Part shown: piece after piece, positions 27,576-37,897 of the stretch
Layout of the letters: each line of letters opens with the position of its first letter
Numbering within the stretch: the stretch's first letter is position 1
Assembly (NCBI GenBank): GCA_964566635.1
Contig: CAZMJL010000003.1
Coordinates: forward strand, 88,570 to 152,569
Direction of reading: 5' to 3'
DNA from: an uncultured Fimbriimonas sp.
GTDB taxonomy: Bacteria > Armatimonadota > Fimbriimonadia > Fimbriimonadales > Fimbriimonadaceae
Length of the DNA stretch: 64,000 bases
The notes under the pieces: generated by a model
Seen by the model: the letters and a program-made list of their open reading frames with translations, nothing else
Told to the model about the DNA's origin: nothing
Database searches by the model: none
Translations under genes and position numbers: made by a program

Positions 27576-29066
27576 TTAGCGCGTTGCGACCAGCCGGACA
27601 ATCTTGTCTGGCTGGTTGAGCGCAACGTAGATCGCGCCGTCCGGTCCAACTGCAATGTCGCGCACTCGGCCCATTCCGATCAGCAACCCTTCGCGCTCGA
27701 CGAACTTACCGTCCTTCGTGCGGATTCGATCAACGCTGTTGCCGCTGAGTCCACCCGCGATCAAGTCGCCCTTCCAATTCGGGAACATCGACCCTTTCAT
27801 AACATCGAGGCCAGAAGCTCCGATCGACGGCAACCAGCGGAAGATTGGGAGGCGGTAGTTCTCGCCTGGCTTCGGCCACGGCACCCACTCCGCCGAGTCG
27901 TTGTAGTTGATGCTAAACGCGACCTTGCTCCAGCCGTAGTTCCCGCCCGAGACGCACTCGTTCAGCTCATCACCGCCGCGAGGACCGTGCTCTGTGTCCC
28001 AAATTCGTCCATCCAGGCCAACGGTGAGTCCTTGCGGGTTCCGGTGTCCGAATGACCAAACCATCTGCGCCACCGAGCCTTTGCCATAGAACGGGTTGTC
28101 CTTCGGTACCGATCCATCTTCGTTCAGGCGATAAACCTTTCCGAACGGTCGGTCCACTTCTTGAGCCACGTTTCCGCCGCCGCGCTCGCCTTGAGTGAGG
28201 AAGACGTGGCCCTTGCCGTCAAACGCGATCTTGCACCCAAAGTGAACTCCCGAGCCGTTGTAATTGCTCTTGTCCACTTCGTAAATCGTCTGTTGTGTGC
28301 CCCACCTTGCGTTCGATCCTTCCCAAGTGAGCTTTCCGCGAACGACTTTGGTGAAGCACTCTCGGCTTCCCGAAGCCTTTGGCTCTGCGTAGCTGATGTA
28401 AACCCACCCGTTCGAAGCGTAGTTCGGGTGAACCGCAACCTCCATCTGACCACCTTGACCGACTTCAACGGTCTGTGGAAGTCCAACGATCTCACCCACT
28501 CGCGATCCGTTTTGATAGATTCCAATGCCGCCAGGTCGGTTGGTCACCAGCATCTTGCCATCGGGGAGCCAGTCCATTGACCATGGCACCTTGAGGCCAT
28601 TGCCCTGATCAACCACCGTTTCCACTTTGTAGTTGTGGAGCTTCGAGTTGAAGATGTCACCCGACTTCTTCGGCTGTCCAAGCCCCCATCGAAGCGCCTT
28701 ACCTTGAAGTTCCCGAATATGAACAACCAGACCCCAAATCTCTTGATCCGAAAGGGTCTGCCCCATCGGCTCCATTCCGGTATTCGGAACGCCGTTTCGA
28801 GTCGCGTCAAAGAACGCCCGATCCCATTTCTGGTCGAACTTATCCACGGTTAGCAGCGACTGCGTTCCGCCGCCGCCACCTTCGCCATTCTCGCCGTGGC
28901 ACTTACCGCAATATTCGTTATAGAGTTTGGTGACGTTGGTGCGCTGTTGGGGAGGAGCAACTTTGCCGGGGGTGTAAGCGGAACTCTCTTTCCCTCCGGT
29001 CGCAACCGTCGTACAGCCAACAATCGCTCCCATCGAGGCAAGCGCGATCTGGAACAGTTTCGTCAT
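27576..29066 (-). CDS. PQQ-dependent aldose sugar dehydrogenase (Sdh-like) lipoprotein with N-terminal cytochrome c
   Basis: Lipobox IVGC; CGKCH heme motif; PWSMDWLPDG, HFG..IAF, GHRNPQG, TEHGPRGGDELN, GRVRD. Confidence 0.9.
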   Translation of the reverse strand: MTKLFQIALASMGAIVGCTTVATGGKESSAYTPGKVAPPQQRTNVTKLYNEYCGKCHGENGEGGGGGTQSLLTVDKFDQKWDRAFFDATRNGVPNTGMEPMGQTLSDQEIWGLVVHIRELQGKALRWGLGQPKKSGDIFNSKLHNYKVETVVDQGNGLKVPWSMDWLPDGKMLVTNRPGGIGIYQNGSRVGEIVGLPQTVEVGQGGQMEVAVHPNYASNGWVYISYAEPKASGSRECFTKVVRGKLTWEGSNARWGTQQTIYEVDKSNYNGSGVHFGCKIAFDGKGHVFLTQGERGGGNVAQEVDRPFGKVYRLNEDGSVPKDNPFYGKGSVAQMVWSFGHRNPQGLTVGLDGRIWDTEHGPRGGDELNECVSGGNYGWSKVAFSINYNDSAEWVPWPKPGENYRLPIFRWLPSIGASGLDVMKGSMFPNWKGDLIAGGLSGNSVDRIRTKDGKFVEREGLLIGMGRVRDIAVGPDGAIYVALNQPDKIVRLVATR

Positions 29067-29076
29067 AAGCCTGAAT

Positions 29077-30966
29077 TTACCTTCGCTTTAGCACTACGAC
29101 GACATCTTTTCCGAGATTAGCCAGCGCCAAAGCCCCATTTATCTCTACCGTCGGGCGGATCGTCTCAAGACCCGTTTCGAGGTCAAATATCCGAGCCTCG
29201 AACTTGCCCGATTTCCAAGCATCGCTACGAACCGTACATCCCGCACCGGTTTTGCTTGATCGAACTCGTACAATCGCGTTCTTCCCGTCCGATCGAACAT
29301 ACGCCGTCGAGACGGGCATGATGCCCGGAATCGATACCTTACGCACCCGGAACCAATCCTTGGCTTCGCTCTTGAGCACGATCGTGTTCGCGCCCGGCGA
29401 GAAGGGAATCCTCACTTCCTGACCTTTCGCCCCGGCGCCGAAATCCTTGCGGAATACCTCGGCACCATTGAGACTCATCACGACCACCGCGCCCTTCCCC
29501 GAAATCTCGGCGATATCCACAACCGCTTCCCCGGCCTGCTTCGCTGTAAAGCTGAGATAAATCGGCTCCTTCTGCATCTCCGGCTTACTCGGGCCCTGAA
29601 TGTAGCCGCTCAGCTTGCCCGCTTCATCGGCTTCCTCCGGAAGGTTAAACCGAGTCTTGTCAGTTTTCTCCCACCCTCGTCCCGGAATGAACTCCAAGGC
29701 CGCGCCCATCGGCGTATCAATCTGGAACGGCGCGGACTTGTACTGGTTAGGATCGCCAATGTGCCGAATTGCCTTCGCAGCCGTGGCGTATTGCTCGTAC
29801 ATCCAGGAGCCGTTCATTCGGTCCCAATACCAATACTGTGCCGCGCCCGAATGTCCTGCAAACAGCGCCGACCAGATGCCATCGCGAATCGCAATGCGTT
29901 CGTCCTGACCGCCATCGCCAAACCCGACCTCGCCATAGAAAAGCGGCTTCTTCGGGTCAGGAGATGTCCCTGCCACTAGCGAATGGATGCTGGAAGGATA
30001 GGCGTGACCTTGCAGGTAGTCCATCTCGTTCCAAATTGGCTGACCAAGCTCGCTGCTCGTGGTAATCAGGTGCCGATAAGGGTCGAGCGACCGGATGTAT
30101 CGCCCCATTTCGTCGTGCCATTTAGCAATCGTTGCCCAGTCATTGTCCTTCCGTGCCCGGTCAACAAACTGAACCTCGTTGAACAACTCCCAAGCCATGA
30201 TCGACGGCGAGACACCCCACCTCGCGATCGCATAGCGAATGAAGTTTTTCTCTCGCTTGATCGCCTCGGGATGCGAGAAGAACTCGCTGGCCGACTTAAG
30301 AAATCCGCCGTTTTTGGCGTTCCAAGGATGATCGTTCCAATTGGGATTCACATCCGAACTAACCTGTCCGTGATGGAACAGCACAAACTGAAACTTTAAC
30401 CCCGTCGCCTCGGCATTCCAAACCGTTTCGTCCCAGCGTTTCAGCACCTCCGGCGAGAACATTCTGTCATTGGGCTTCGGGAAAGAAGTGGGCCAGTAAG
30501 GATTCCGGTTGTCCCAATGGCAAGCCCAAATTCGGGTCCAATTCAGCCCGTTTGCCTTCATCAGGTCCATCTGCTCACGGAACGAATACTTGCCACCCTG
30601 CCAGGCCAGGTTGTGCCCAATCGGCCAGTACGGAATGGGCTTGGGAGTGCCGTTAGAGAGGCTGAACGTCGTCCCGTGGCGCTGAACATAGCCCATCAGT
30701 GGCTTGGTCAGGGTGAAAGAAATCGATTTGCCGATTTTCTTTCCGTTGAGGGTGAACTGACCCGAAAACTTACCCTTCTTCGCGCCCACAACGTTTGCTC
30801 GCCAGACGCCTGCATCGAAATATGCCGTGAACGTCCCGCTCGCACTCACGAACCGCACATCGTTTAACGTGGCATCGTACGGGTTCCCGTTCACTTGCGC
30901 CGCCAGCGAGACCTTTGCCGGTCCATAGGAAACGATCGACGGCTTGATATAAGCGTCTATCAACAT
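29077..30966 (-). CDS. Glycoside hydrolase-like protein (GH5-like TIM barrel, DUF5060-like N-terminus)
   Basis: NGLNWTRIW, YAIARWG.SPSIMAWELFNE (acid/base Glu), DPYRHLITTS, YGEVG (nucleophile). Confidence 0.7.
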   Translation of the reverse strand: MLIDAYIKPSIVSYGPAKVSLAAQVNGNPYDATLNDVRFVSASGTFTAYFDAGVWRANVVGAKKGKFSGQFTLNGKKIGKSISFTLTKPLMGYVQRHGTTFSLSNGTPKPIPYWPIGHNLAWQGGKYSFREQMDLMKANGLNWTRIWACHWDNRNPYWPTSFPKPNDRMFSPEVLKRWDETVWNAEATGLKFQFVLFHHGQVSSDVNPNWNDHPWNAKNGGFLKSASEFFSHPEAIKREKNFIRYAIARWGVSPSIMAWELFNEVQFVDRARKDNDWATIAKWHDEMGRYIRSLDPYRHLITTSSELGQPIWNEMDYLQGHAYPSSIHSLVAGTSPDPKKPLFYGEVGFGDGGQDERIAIRDGIWSALFAGHSGAAQYWYWDRMNGSWMYEQYATAAKAIRHIGDPNQYKSAPFQIDTPMGAALEFIPGRGWEKTDKTRFNLPEEADEAGKLSGYIQGPSKPEMQKEPIYLSFTAKQAGEAVVDIAEISGKGAVVVMSLNGAEVFRKDFGAGAKGQEVRIPFSPGANTIVLKSEAKDWFRVRKVSIPGIMPVSTAYVRSDGKNAIVRVRSSKTGAGCTVRSDAWKSGKFEARIFDLETGLETIRPTVEINGALALANLGKDVVVVLKRR

Positions 30967-31012
30967 TTCCGCGTTTTACCCGCTTGCAATCAGTTCAAGC
31001 TAGAATGCTTCC

Positions 31013-31609
31013 ATGAACTTGCCTCCCATTAACTCAAACGAGCAAATCGCCCCACCAAAGAAGTCGATGTCGGCCAGTACAATCGCGCTCATCGGACTAT
31101 TCGGCTGCTGCACATGCTCCGTTCCAGTTCTAGCGGCGATCCTTTTCCCTGTCTTCAACCAAGCAAAACTGGCGGCAAAGACCAGTCAGTCAACGCTCCG
31201 AATGAAAGAACTAAGCGTCGCGTGGGAGGTCTACAGTGTGGACTTCGATGATAGATCTTGCCCAAGTACAAACTGGAATGAGGCGCTCACAAAGTACTTG
31301 GCGCCTGACGAGGTCGCAAAGACACCAAACTACCTCCACGATCCACTTCTCTCCGCCGAACCCGAACAGCGGGGATTTGCCCTCAACCCTGGAATCTCAT
31401 CCGTTGACATCACTAAGCTCGAGGATCCCGCCAAGTACATTCTTTTCGGTCTCACATCGCGCCCCGGCAAAGATGCCCTCCTCGTGCCCGACTCTCTCAG
31501 AAAAATCACCGCCGCACCGTACCGAACGATCTTCTCCGACGCTAGCGGCTACACACGCAAGGCCTTGATCGACGAGGCCCAGCACCTCAAATGGAAGCCG
31601 AGCAAGTAA
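31013..31609 (+). CDS. Pilin-like protein without a classical prepilin leader
   Basis: TM helix followed by LAAILFPVFNQAKLAA..SQS..RMKEL..AWEVYS.DFDD, as in Armatimonadota/Planctomycete pilin-like expansions. Confidence 0.65.
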   Translation: MNLPPINSNEQIAPPKKSMSASTIALIGLFGCCTCSVPVLAAILFPVFNQAKLAAKTSQSTLRMKELSVAWEVYSVDFDDRSCPSTNWNEALTKYLAPDEVAKTPNYLHDPLLSAEPEQRGFALNPGISSVDITKLEDPAKYILFGLTSRPGKDALLVPDSLRKITAAPYRTIFSDASGYTRKALIDEAQHLKWKPSK

Positions 31610-31639
31610 CCAGCGCGGTCGCTCTGCCACAATCTAACT

Positions 31640-33139
31640 GTGAGCAGCAACTACGGAATCACCCCCCAGGGTGAAAACTTCAGCGAATGGTACAACGAAC
31701 TCGTCATCAAGGCCGAGCTCGCCGACCACTCCGCCGTCCGAGGTTGCATGGTGATCCGCCCCCACGGATACGCCCTTTGGGAGAACATGCAACGCGCCCT
31801 CGACGATATGTTCAAGGCCACCGGTCACGTCAACGCCTACTTCCCGCTGCTCATCCCCAAATCATTTTTCGAGAAAGAAGCCGACCACGTCGACGGATTC
31901 GCCAAAGAGTGCGCCGTTGTTACTCACCACCGCCTGAAGGCAAACCCTGACGGATACGGCCTCATTCCCGATCCTGACGCCAAACTCACCGAAGAGTTCA
32001 TCATTCGGCCCACCAGCGAAACCATCATCTGGAACACCTACAAAAACTGGATCCAGTCCTATCGCGACCTCCCGTTGCTCATCAACCAATGGGCCAACGT
32101 CATGCGATGGGAAATGCGCACCCGGATGTTCCTTCGCACCGCCGAATTTCTCTGGCAAGAAGGTCACACTGCGCACGCTACCTACGATGAGGCCGAACAA
32201 GAGGCTCTGACCATCCTGCACGAATGCTACGGCAAGTTCGCCGAAGAGTGGATGGCGGTTCCGGTCATCAAAGGCGTCAAGAGCGAAGGTGAGAAGTTCG
32301 CTGGTGCCGATCACACCTACACCATCGAGGCCATGACCCAAGACCTCCGCGCAATCCAAGCCGGAACGTCGCACCATCTCGGCCAGAACTTTGCGAAGGC
32401 ATTCGACGTCACGTTCCAAAGCGCGGAAGGGAAGCTAGAGCACGTTTACGCCACCTCTTGGGGCGTCTCGACGCGACTCATCGGAACGCTCATCATGGCT
32501 CACTCCGATGATCGCGGATTTGTTTGCCCGCCAAAAATCGCGCCGATCCAGGTTGTTTTCGTCCCGATGGGACGCGGTGAAGTCTGGGATCAAACCCTCG
32601 CCAAGTCTCACGAACTGGCCGCCGAGCTCAAAGCAAAGGGTATCCGCGTCAAGGTCGACGAGCGAACCAAAGAAGGTCCCGGCTTCAAGGCCAAGGATTG
32701 GGATCTCAAAGGCGTCTGCATTCGCGTCGATGTCGGCGGGCGTGAGCTCGAAGCGGGCGAACTCGGAGTCGCGCGCCGCGATAGCGAGGAAAAGCTGACC
32801 GTTCCGGTCACCGACGTAGTCTCGACCTGCGAAACGCTCCTTGTCGAGATCCAATCGAGCCTATATCAAAAGGCTCTCGCGTTCCGAAACGCTAACATCC
32901 ACCGCATCGACACCTGGGAGGACTTCACCAAGCAGTTCGATGGCGAGGGCGGTGGCGGCTTCGTTCTTGCCCACTGGGACGGAACGCAAGAAACCGAGGA
33001 CAAGATCAGCGAGGCGACCAAGGCGACGATCCGTTGCATTCCGCTGGAGCCGCTTCACCCCGAGGATGCAAAGCCCGGTGTCTGCGTCTTCTCGGGCAAG
33101 CCGAGTAAGCAGCGCGTGGTTTTTGCGAAAGCATACTAA
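31640..33139 (+). CDS. proS: Proline--tRNA ligase (archaeal/eukaryote-like type)
   Basis: [53 protein letters not shown]-terminal FAKAY. Confidence 0.96.
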   Translation: MSSNYGITPQGENFSEWYNELVIKAELADHSAVRGCMVIRPHGYALWENMQRALDDMFKATGHVNAYFPLLIPKSFFEKEADHVDGFAKECAVVTHHRLKANPDGYGLIPDPDAKLTEEFIIRPTSETIIWNTYKNWIQSYRDLPLLINQWANVMRWEMRTRMFLRTAEFLWQEGHTAHATYDEAEQEALTILHECYGKFAEEWMAVPVIKGVKSEGEKFAGADHTYTIEAMTQDLRAIQAGTSHHLGQNFAKAFDVTFQSAEGKLEHVYATSWGVSTRLIGTLIMAHSDDRGFVCPPKIAPIQVVFVPMGRGEVWDQTLAKSHELAAELKAKGIRVKVDERTKEGPGFKAKDWDLKGVCIRVDVGGRELEAGELGVARRDSEEKLTVPVTDVVSTCETLLVEIQSSLYQKALAFRNANIHRIDTWEDFTKQFDGEGGGGFVLAHWDGTQETEDKISEATKATIRCIPLEPLHPEDAKPGVCVFSGKPSKQRVVFAKAY

Positions 33140-33195
33140 GGCATTTGGCAGTGCGCGGTGCGAGCCGCGCTTTCGCCTCCTGCCTGCGAGAGTCT

Positions 33196-33221
33196 GGGAT
33201 CGCAGGCGTCTCGCCTACGTC
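33196..33221 (+). repeat. REP-like hairpin element, copy 2
   Basis: GGGATCGCAGGCGTCTCGCCTACGTC, homologous to 10312-10337; preceded by a GCGCGG/CCGCGC hairpin. Confidence 0.6.
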
Positions 33222-33282
33222 AACCTATCGAGAATGCCGTGCGTTCGCCATAATCCTAGAAAGGTCAACAAAACCGAATAAG

Positions 33283-34158
33283 ATGCCCGACCACGATCAG
33301 CAAACCCGAGACGATGCGAATATTTGGCTCGCCAGGCTTTCGCCGTTGCTGAGCCCGAAACCCGGTTTAACGATCGATGAGGTCGAAAAGAACATCAACA
33401 GCCTCAAAAAGCTCCAAACCGAGGCGTCCGATCTCACCTACCGGCTCGGTTCGCTTTGGGAGCCAGGCGACCTCGAACTCTCAAACACCGTCTCAAACGC
33501 GGTCAGCCAACTTCCTTCGCTCGAAGCCGACTTCCGCACACGCCTCGCCCAACTCCGCACCCCCGGTCCACGGGTTGATCTCGATTCCATCCAAGAGCGC
33601 CTTGCCGAGCGCGAAGCGCAACAAGAACTCGGACTCCCAACCTCAATCCATAACGCCCTCTCGCTCAACCTCCAGACCTCGCCCCGGAACGTCGTCGGTG
33701 CGGGCGGCATCGGATGCTTTGCCGTCGCGTGGAACTCGTTCACGCTCTTTCACGCTACCCTCATGATTGGCGGAATGTGGAAAGCCTTCGGCCCCGTGGC
33801 GCTCGCCCTATTACTGTTCTACTCGCTCTTCTTCGCCGCCGGCTTCGCGATGATCTACGCGACGATCGACGCGCTATCTGTCGAAGAAATCGAACTCACG
33901 GGCCGGTCGTTGCTTATCAAAAAGACACTCGGTAAATGGGTCCGAACGAAAATGATCGACCTCGATCCTGAGAGCCGCGCCGTGGTCGGAATCGCCTCTG
34001 CCGCCTTCCGCACGAACAACAACAATCGCGTTCCCCAGCGCGCCGTCATCATGACCGACGCCAAAGGCAAAGAAGTCTCATTTGCGCAAGGCGCAACCGA
34101 AGAACTCAAACAACGAATCGCTCGACAAGTCAACGAGTACCTCAGCGCGCGAGTCTGA
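33283..34158 (+). CDS. Hypothetical membrane protein (coiled N-terminus, two TM helices)
   Basis: Likely ATG at 33283; two adjacent hydrophobic helices then a small soluble domain. Confidence 0.7.
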   Translation: MPDHDQQTRDDANIWLARLSPLLSPKPGLTIDEVEKNINSLKKLQTEASDLTYRLGSLWEPGDLELSNTVSNAVSQLPSLEADFRTRLAQLRTPGPRVDLDSIQERLAEREAQQELGLPTSIHNALSLNLQTSPRNVVGAGGIGCFAVAWNSFTLFHATLMIGGMWKAFGPVALALLLFYSLFFAAGFAMIYATIDALSVEEIELTGRSLLIKKTLGKWVRTKMIDLDPESRAVVGIASAAFRTNNNNRVPQRAVIMTDAKGKEVSFAQGATEELKQRIARQVNEYLSARV

Positions 34159-34269
34159 GAAGATTTTCCAGCGTTATGTTGACAAACCGCCCCTGATTTC
34201 GCCGTTTGATAGCAATAGCTCAACAAACCGTCCGACGCAAAGGCGTACCGTAGAGCGATTGAGGGTCAT

Positions 34270-34338
34270 ATTTGTCCCCCTTCATTCCCCCTCAAAGTGA
34301 GGAAATCTAAGTTCGGTTGAACCTGATTCCCCCTCAAA
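34270..34338 (+). repeat. ~70-bp bipartite element, copy A
   Basis: ATTTGTCCCCCTTCATTCCCCTCAAA-N20-TTGAACCTGATTCCCCC; inverted homolog at 38781-38849. Confidence 0.65.
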
Positions 34339-34358
34339 AGTGCGTTACCGTTCTTTGA

Positions 34359-36161
34359 CTAAACGGGTGCCGTTTCCGACTGGAACTGTTCCGAATATAA
34401 CTGCTCGTACAGCCCTCGGCGCTCCAACAGGTCAGCATGAGTCCCGCTCTCGACGATCCGGCCATCCTGAATCACGAGAATCTGATCCGCATTCAAAATT
34501 GTGCTCAAGCGGTGCGCAATTGCAAAGGTCGTCCGCCCTTTCATCAGCGAGTTCAGAGAGTTCTGAATCAGACGCTCCGAGGTCGTATCGAGCGCACTCG
34601 TCGCCTCATCAAGGATCAAAATCGGCGGATTCTTCAGAATCGCCCGCGCAATCGCAATCCGCTGCTTCTCGCCGCCGCTGAGCTTATAACCCCGCTCACC
34701 AACTACGGTGTCGTACTTCTCGTCGAGCGAATCAATGTGATCATGAATCGCCGCCAACTTGCACGCCTCAATGATCTCCGAATCCGTGGCATCCGGCTTA
34801 GCGATCTTGAGATTTTCCTTGATCGTCGTGTGAACCAAATACGTCTCCTGGGTCACCATTCCGACCGCCGCTTTAAGGTCCTCCAAAGCGACGTCTCGTA
34901 CATCGATTCCGTCGATCTTGACGGATCCTTCGTCCACATCGTACAAACGAGGGATCATGTAAGTCGTCGTCGTTTTGCCCGCTCCTGAGGGCCCGACAAG
35001 CGCAATTAGCTGCCCCGGAGCCGCGCTGAAAGAGATCCCCTTGAGCGCCCAGTCCTCACCATCACGATCGTATTTGAACCCAACATTATCGAATTCAACG
35101 AGGCCCTTCACCGAGGAAGCTGGCAGTGCAACCGCGCCCGGCTTCTCCTGAACATCGTGCTTCATATCCAAGTACTCAAAGATCCGCTCGAACAGTGCGA
35201 ACGAGCCAAGCAGCTCAACTTGTAAGCTCATGAGCCCGGTGAGAGGGAAGAACATCCGGGTTTGCAGGTAAGAAAATGCAACGAGTTTTCCAACCGTCAC
35301 GCTCTCATCGCCTCGGGTAAGAAGCCACCCCGCGAGCCAGTAAATGAAGGCTGGAATTAGCTGGGTGATGATCCGAAAGACGCCGAAGAAAACGTATTGA
35401 ATCGTGGAAGACTTGATCTGCCAACCCGCCAGCTTTTCGTTCTCGACATCAAACTTGTCGGCGATGACGTCCGCTCGGCCGATGGTTTTGGCGAGAAGGG
35501 CACCACTGACGGACAGGTTCTCTTGCATCATCGAGTTCAGTTCGCTTGTTTGCTCTTGAACTCCTTGCCGGATATCGCGTGAGAACTTGCCGATCCATTG
35601 CCCGAAGAATCCGATCAACGGAATGAACGCGATCGCGAGCAAAGTCAATCGCCAGTCCGTTTTGAACATGACGATGAGCGACGAAACGACAATCGCAATA
35701 TTGCTAAGCGCGTCGACAAAGGTATTCGAGACAACGTTTTGAACACCGCCGACGTCCGAAATCAATCGCGTTTGGATGTCGCCTGTCCGGGCCGACGTAA
35801 AGAAGCGGAGCGACATCCCCTGGAGGTGGGTGAACAAGTCATTCCGCATTTTGCGCATGATCTTCTGACCGATCACAACGCTTTGGTAGCCATAAAGGAG
35901 CGTGACACCGGCAGCGAGAAGCGTCACGATGACGGTAAGAATCGAATAGGTGCCAATCACGCTGAGGTTCTTTTTGAGTAGTCCATCGTCGACGATGGTT
36001 TGCATGAAGAACGGGGCAACGAGACCCAAGAGGGTGCCCAACAGCACGGTGAGAAGCAGAATAATCGTCTCACCCCGATACGGCCCATACAGGCTGAAAA
36101 CTCTGCGCAGAGTCACTCGATCAATCTTTTTCTGCTCTGACTTTTCTTCGGGTGACTTCAC
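34359..36161 (-). CDS. ABC transporter ATP-binding/permease (MsbA/MdlB-like exporter)
   Basis: TM domain plus GPSGAGKTT, LSGGEKQRIAIARA, ILDEATSALD, IAHRLST. Confidence 0.95.
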   Translation of the reverse strand: MKSPEEKSEQKKIDRVTLRRVFSLYGPYRGETIILLLTVLLGTLLGLVAPFFMQTIVDDGLLKKNLSVIGTYSILTVIVTLLAAGVTLLYGYQSVVIGQKIMRKMRNDLFTHLQGMSLRFFTSARTGDIQTRLISDVGGVQNVVSNTFVDALSNIAIVVSSLIVMFKTDWRLTLLAIAFIPLIGFFGQWIGKFSRDIRQGVQEQTSELNSMMQENLSVSGALLAKTIGRADVIADKFDVENEKLAGWQIKSSTIQYVFFGVFRIITQLIPAFIYWLAGWLLTRGDESVTVGKLVAFSYLQTRMFFPLTGLMSLQVELLGSFALFERIFEYLDMKHDVQEKPGAVALPASSVKGLVEFDNVGFKYDRDGEDWALKGISFSAAPGQLIALVGPSGAGKTTTTYMIPRLYDVDEGSVKIDGIDVRDVALEDLKAAVGMVTQETYLVHTTIKENLKIAKPDATDSEIIEACKLAAIHDHIDSLDEKYDTVVGERGYKLSGGEKQRIAIARAILKNPPILILDEATSALDTTSERLIQNSLNSLMKGRTTFAIAHRLSTILNADQILVIQDGRIVESGTHADLLERRGLYEQLYSEQFQSETAPV

Positions 36162-36195
36162 CCTAAATGTTTACTCCGACGAGGGGCGCGAATGC

Positions 36196-37053
36196 TCACT
36201 CTCGCCGGAAATCTTGCGGCGAAACGCCCGCGATTTGCCGGAACCGCTTGCTGAAGTGAAATTCGTCACTGAACCCGAGCGCTTCCGCCAATTCACGATT
36301 GGAGATTTGCGGCGTGTACCGAATCAGTTGCTTCGCCGCTTCAATGCGCCGAATGTTGCGGTAGCGGACCGGGCTGACGCCAGCGTAGGACTGGAATCTC
36401 TTTCGGAAGGCCTCGTAACCCATACCCATACTCGTTGCTACATTATTGAGGTCGATCTCTTCACGCAGATCGTAAGCCAGCAACGATTGTGCTTTGCTCA
36501 GCCAAGTGTTCTGTTCGGTGGACGCATAACCTTGACCGAGCGCGATTTCCGAAACGAAATTCATCAGTGCGTTGATTGCCTGCAGGCGTGAAACCTCGTC
36601 CTTGATCTCGACAAATCGCTCGATCCAAAGCAATAGCCAGGATGCCCGGTCATCGATCGCCTCACCGAGATTTCGAATGGGATTTGAGGGGTTCAGGAGA
36701 CCCGAACGGAACCAAGCGTCGAAAAGTGGTCCGTCGAAGGCGATGTAAACCTCATCCCAGATGTTGCCCTTAGTGGGGCCGTACCAGTGCGGATTCCCAG
36801 GAAATACAAGAATCGCGTCTCCTTGAGAGACTTTTTGCTTCTTTCGCGAGCCATCTTTGTACACGCCCTCACCGCGAGTGAGGAGCACGAGCGCCGATCC
36901 GTCATAGCTTCGCAGCCGCCCCGTTCGGTTCACACCATGCCCAAAAAGCCAGACGCCTCCAAGTTGAATAGTTGCTACGGGCGTTTGGATCGGCGAGGAA
37001 ATCAACCGATGGTGCCGCTCCAAACTTCCCATTTCAGACATGATCTTTACCAT
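36196..37053 (-). CDS. AraC family transcriptional regulator
   Basis: Cupin N-terminus; C-terminal LAEALGFSDEFHFSKRFRQIAGVSPQDFR; exact start uncertain. Confidence 0.92.
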   Translation of the reverse strand: MVKIMSEMGSLERHHRLISSPIQTPVATIQLGGVWLFGHGVNRTGRLRSYDGSALVLLTRGEGVYKDGSRKKQKVSQGDAILVFPGNPHWYGPTKGNIWDEVYIAFDGPLFDAWFRSGLLNPSNPIRNLGEAIDDRASWLLLWIERFVEIKDEVSRLQAINALMNFVSEIALGQGYASTEQNTWLSKAQSLLAYDLREEIDLNNVATSMGMGYEAFRKRFQSYAGVSPVRYRNIRRIEAAKQLIRYTPQISNRELAEALGFSDEFHFSKRFRQIAGVSPQDFRRE

Positions 37054-37099
37054 TATAGCAATGTATCTGTCCTATTCTGGGCTAGTAGGATGAGATGCA

Positions 37100-37897
37100 A
37101 TGCTTCTGGACTCTCCTTACTCCCTCGACTCGTCGACAATAGACGACTTTCGCAGCAATGGTTGGGCGATGGTGCGCGGCCTCGCAACGCCAGCCGAGGT
37201 TGAACATTATCGGCGGTCGATCACCGCGCGGACAAATGAATTCGCCAAAACATACAAGCCTATGGAGGAAAGGGACACCTATGGCAAGGCTTTCATACAA
37301 TTTATGAATCTCTGGCTAATGGATGAATCCGTTCGTCAATTCACCCTCGCAAAGCGGTTTGCCGGAGCCGCCGCAGCCCTGATGGGGGTGGACAGGGTTC
37401 GCATCTACCACGATCAGGCGCTGTACAAGGAGCCAAATGGCGGCCCGACCCCTTGGCACCAAGATCAGCAGTATTGGCCTCTGGATGGCGTGCGGTGTTG
37501 CACGCTATGGATGCCGCTGGTCGACGTCACGAAAGAGATGGGCACCTTGAACTTCGCAAACGGGTCACAAACCCTCGGGTATTTGGGCCCTCTCAACATT
37601 TCGGACGACAGCGATTCGCAACTCGAAGATCTCATTCGCACCCGAGGCTTCGAGATTGAGTCGGCCGGAGACATGAGCGCGGGCGACGCGACTTTCCATG
37701 ACGGGTGGTGCATCCACGGTGCGCCGGGTAATGCTTCCTCAACGACGACGCGTGAAGTGATGACGATTATCTACTTCGCCGACGGCGCAAGGATCTCCGA
37801 GCCGGATTCGCCTCAAAGGGAGAATGATCTCAAGACTTGGTTCCCAGGCCTGAAGCCAGGTGATCTCGCCGCGAGCGAGATTAACCCGCTGGTTTGA
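37100..37897 (+). CDS. Phytanoyl-CoA dioxygenase (PhyH) family Fe(II)/2OG oxygenase
   Basis: TPWHQD (HxD), TLWMPL, AGDATFH, HGAPGN, RE. Confidence 0.9.
   Translation: MLLDSPYSLDSSTIDDFRSNGWAMVRGLATPAEVEHYRRSITARTNEFAKTYKPMEERDTYGKAFIQFMNLWLMDESVRQFTLAKRFAGAAAALMGVDRVRIYHDQALYKEPNGGPTPWHQDQQYWPLDGVRCCTLWMPLVDVTKEMGTLNFANGSQTLGYLGPLNISDDSDSQLEDLIRTRGFEIESAGDMSAGDATFHDGWCIHGAPGNASSTTTREVMTIIYFADGARISEPDSPQRENDLKTWFPGLKPGDLAASEINPLV

Noticed and set aside
34270-34338. CRISPR repeat-spacer interpretation of the bipartite element
   Set aside because: No tandem array, flanks are non-identical, and there are no cas genes.
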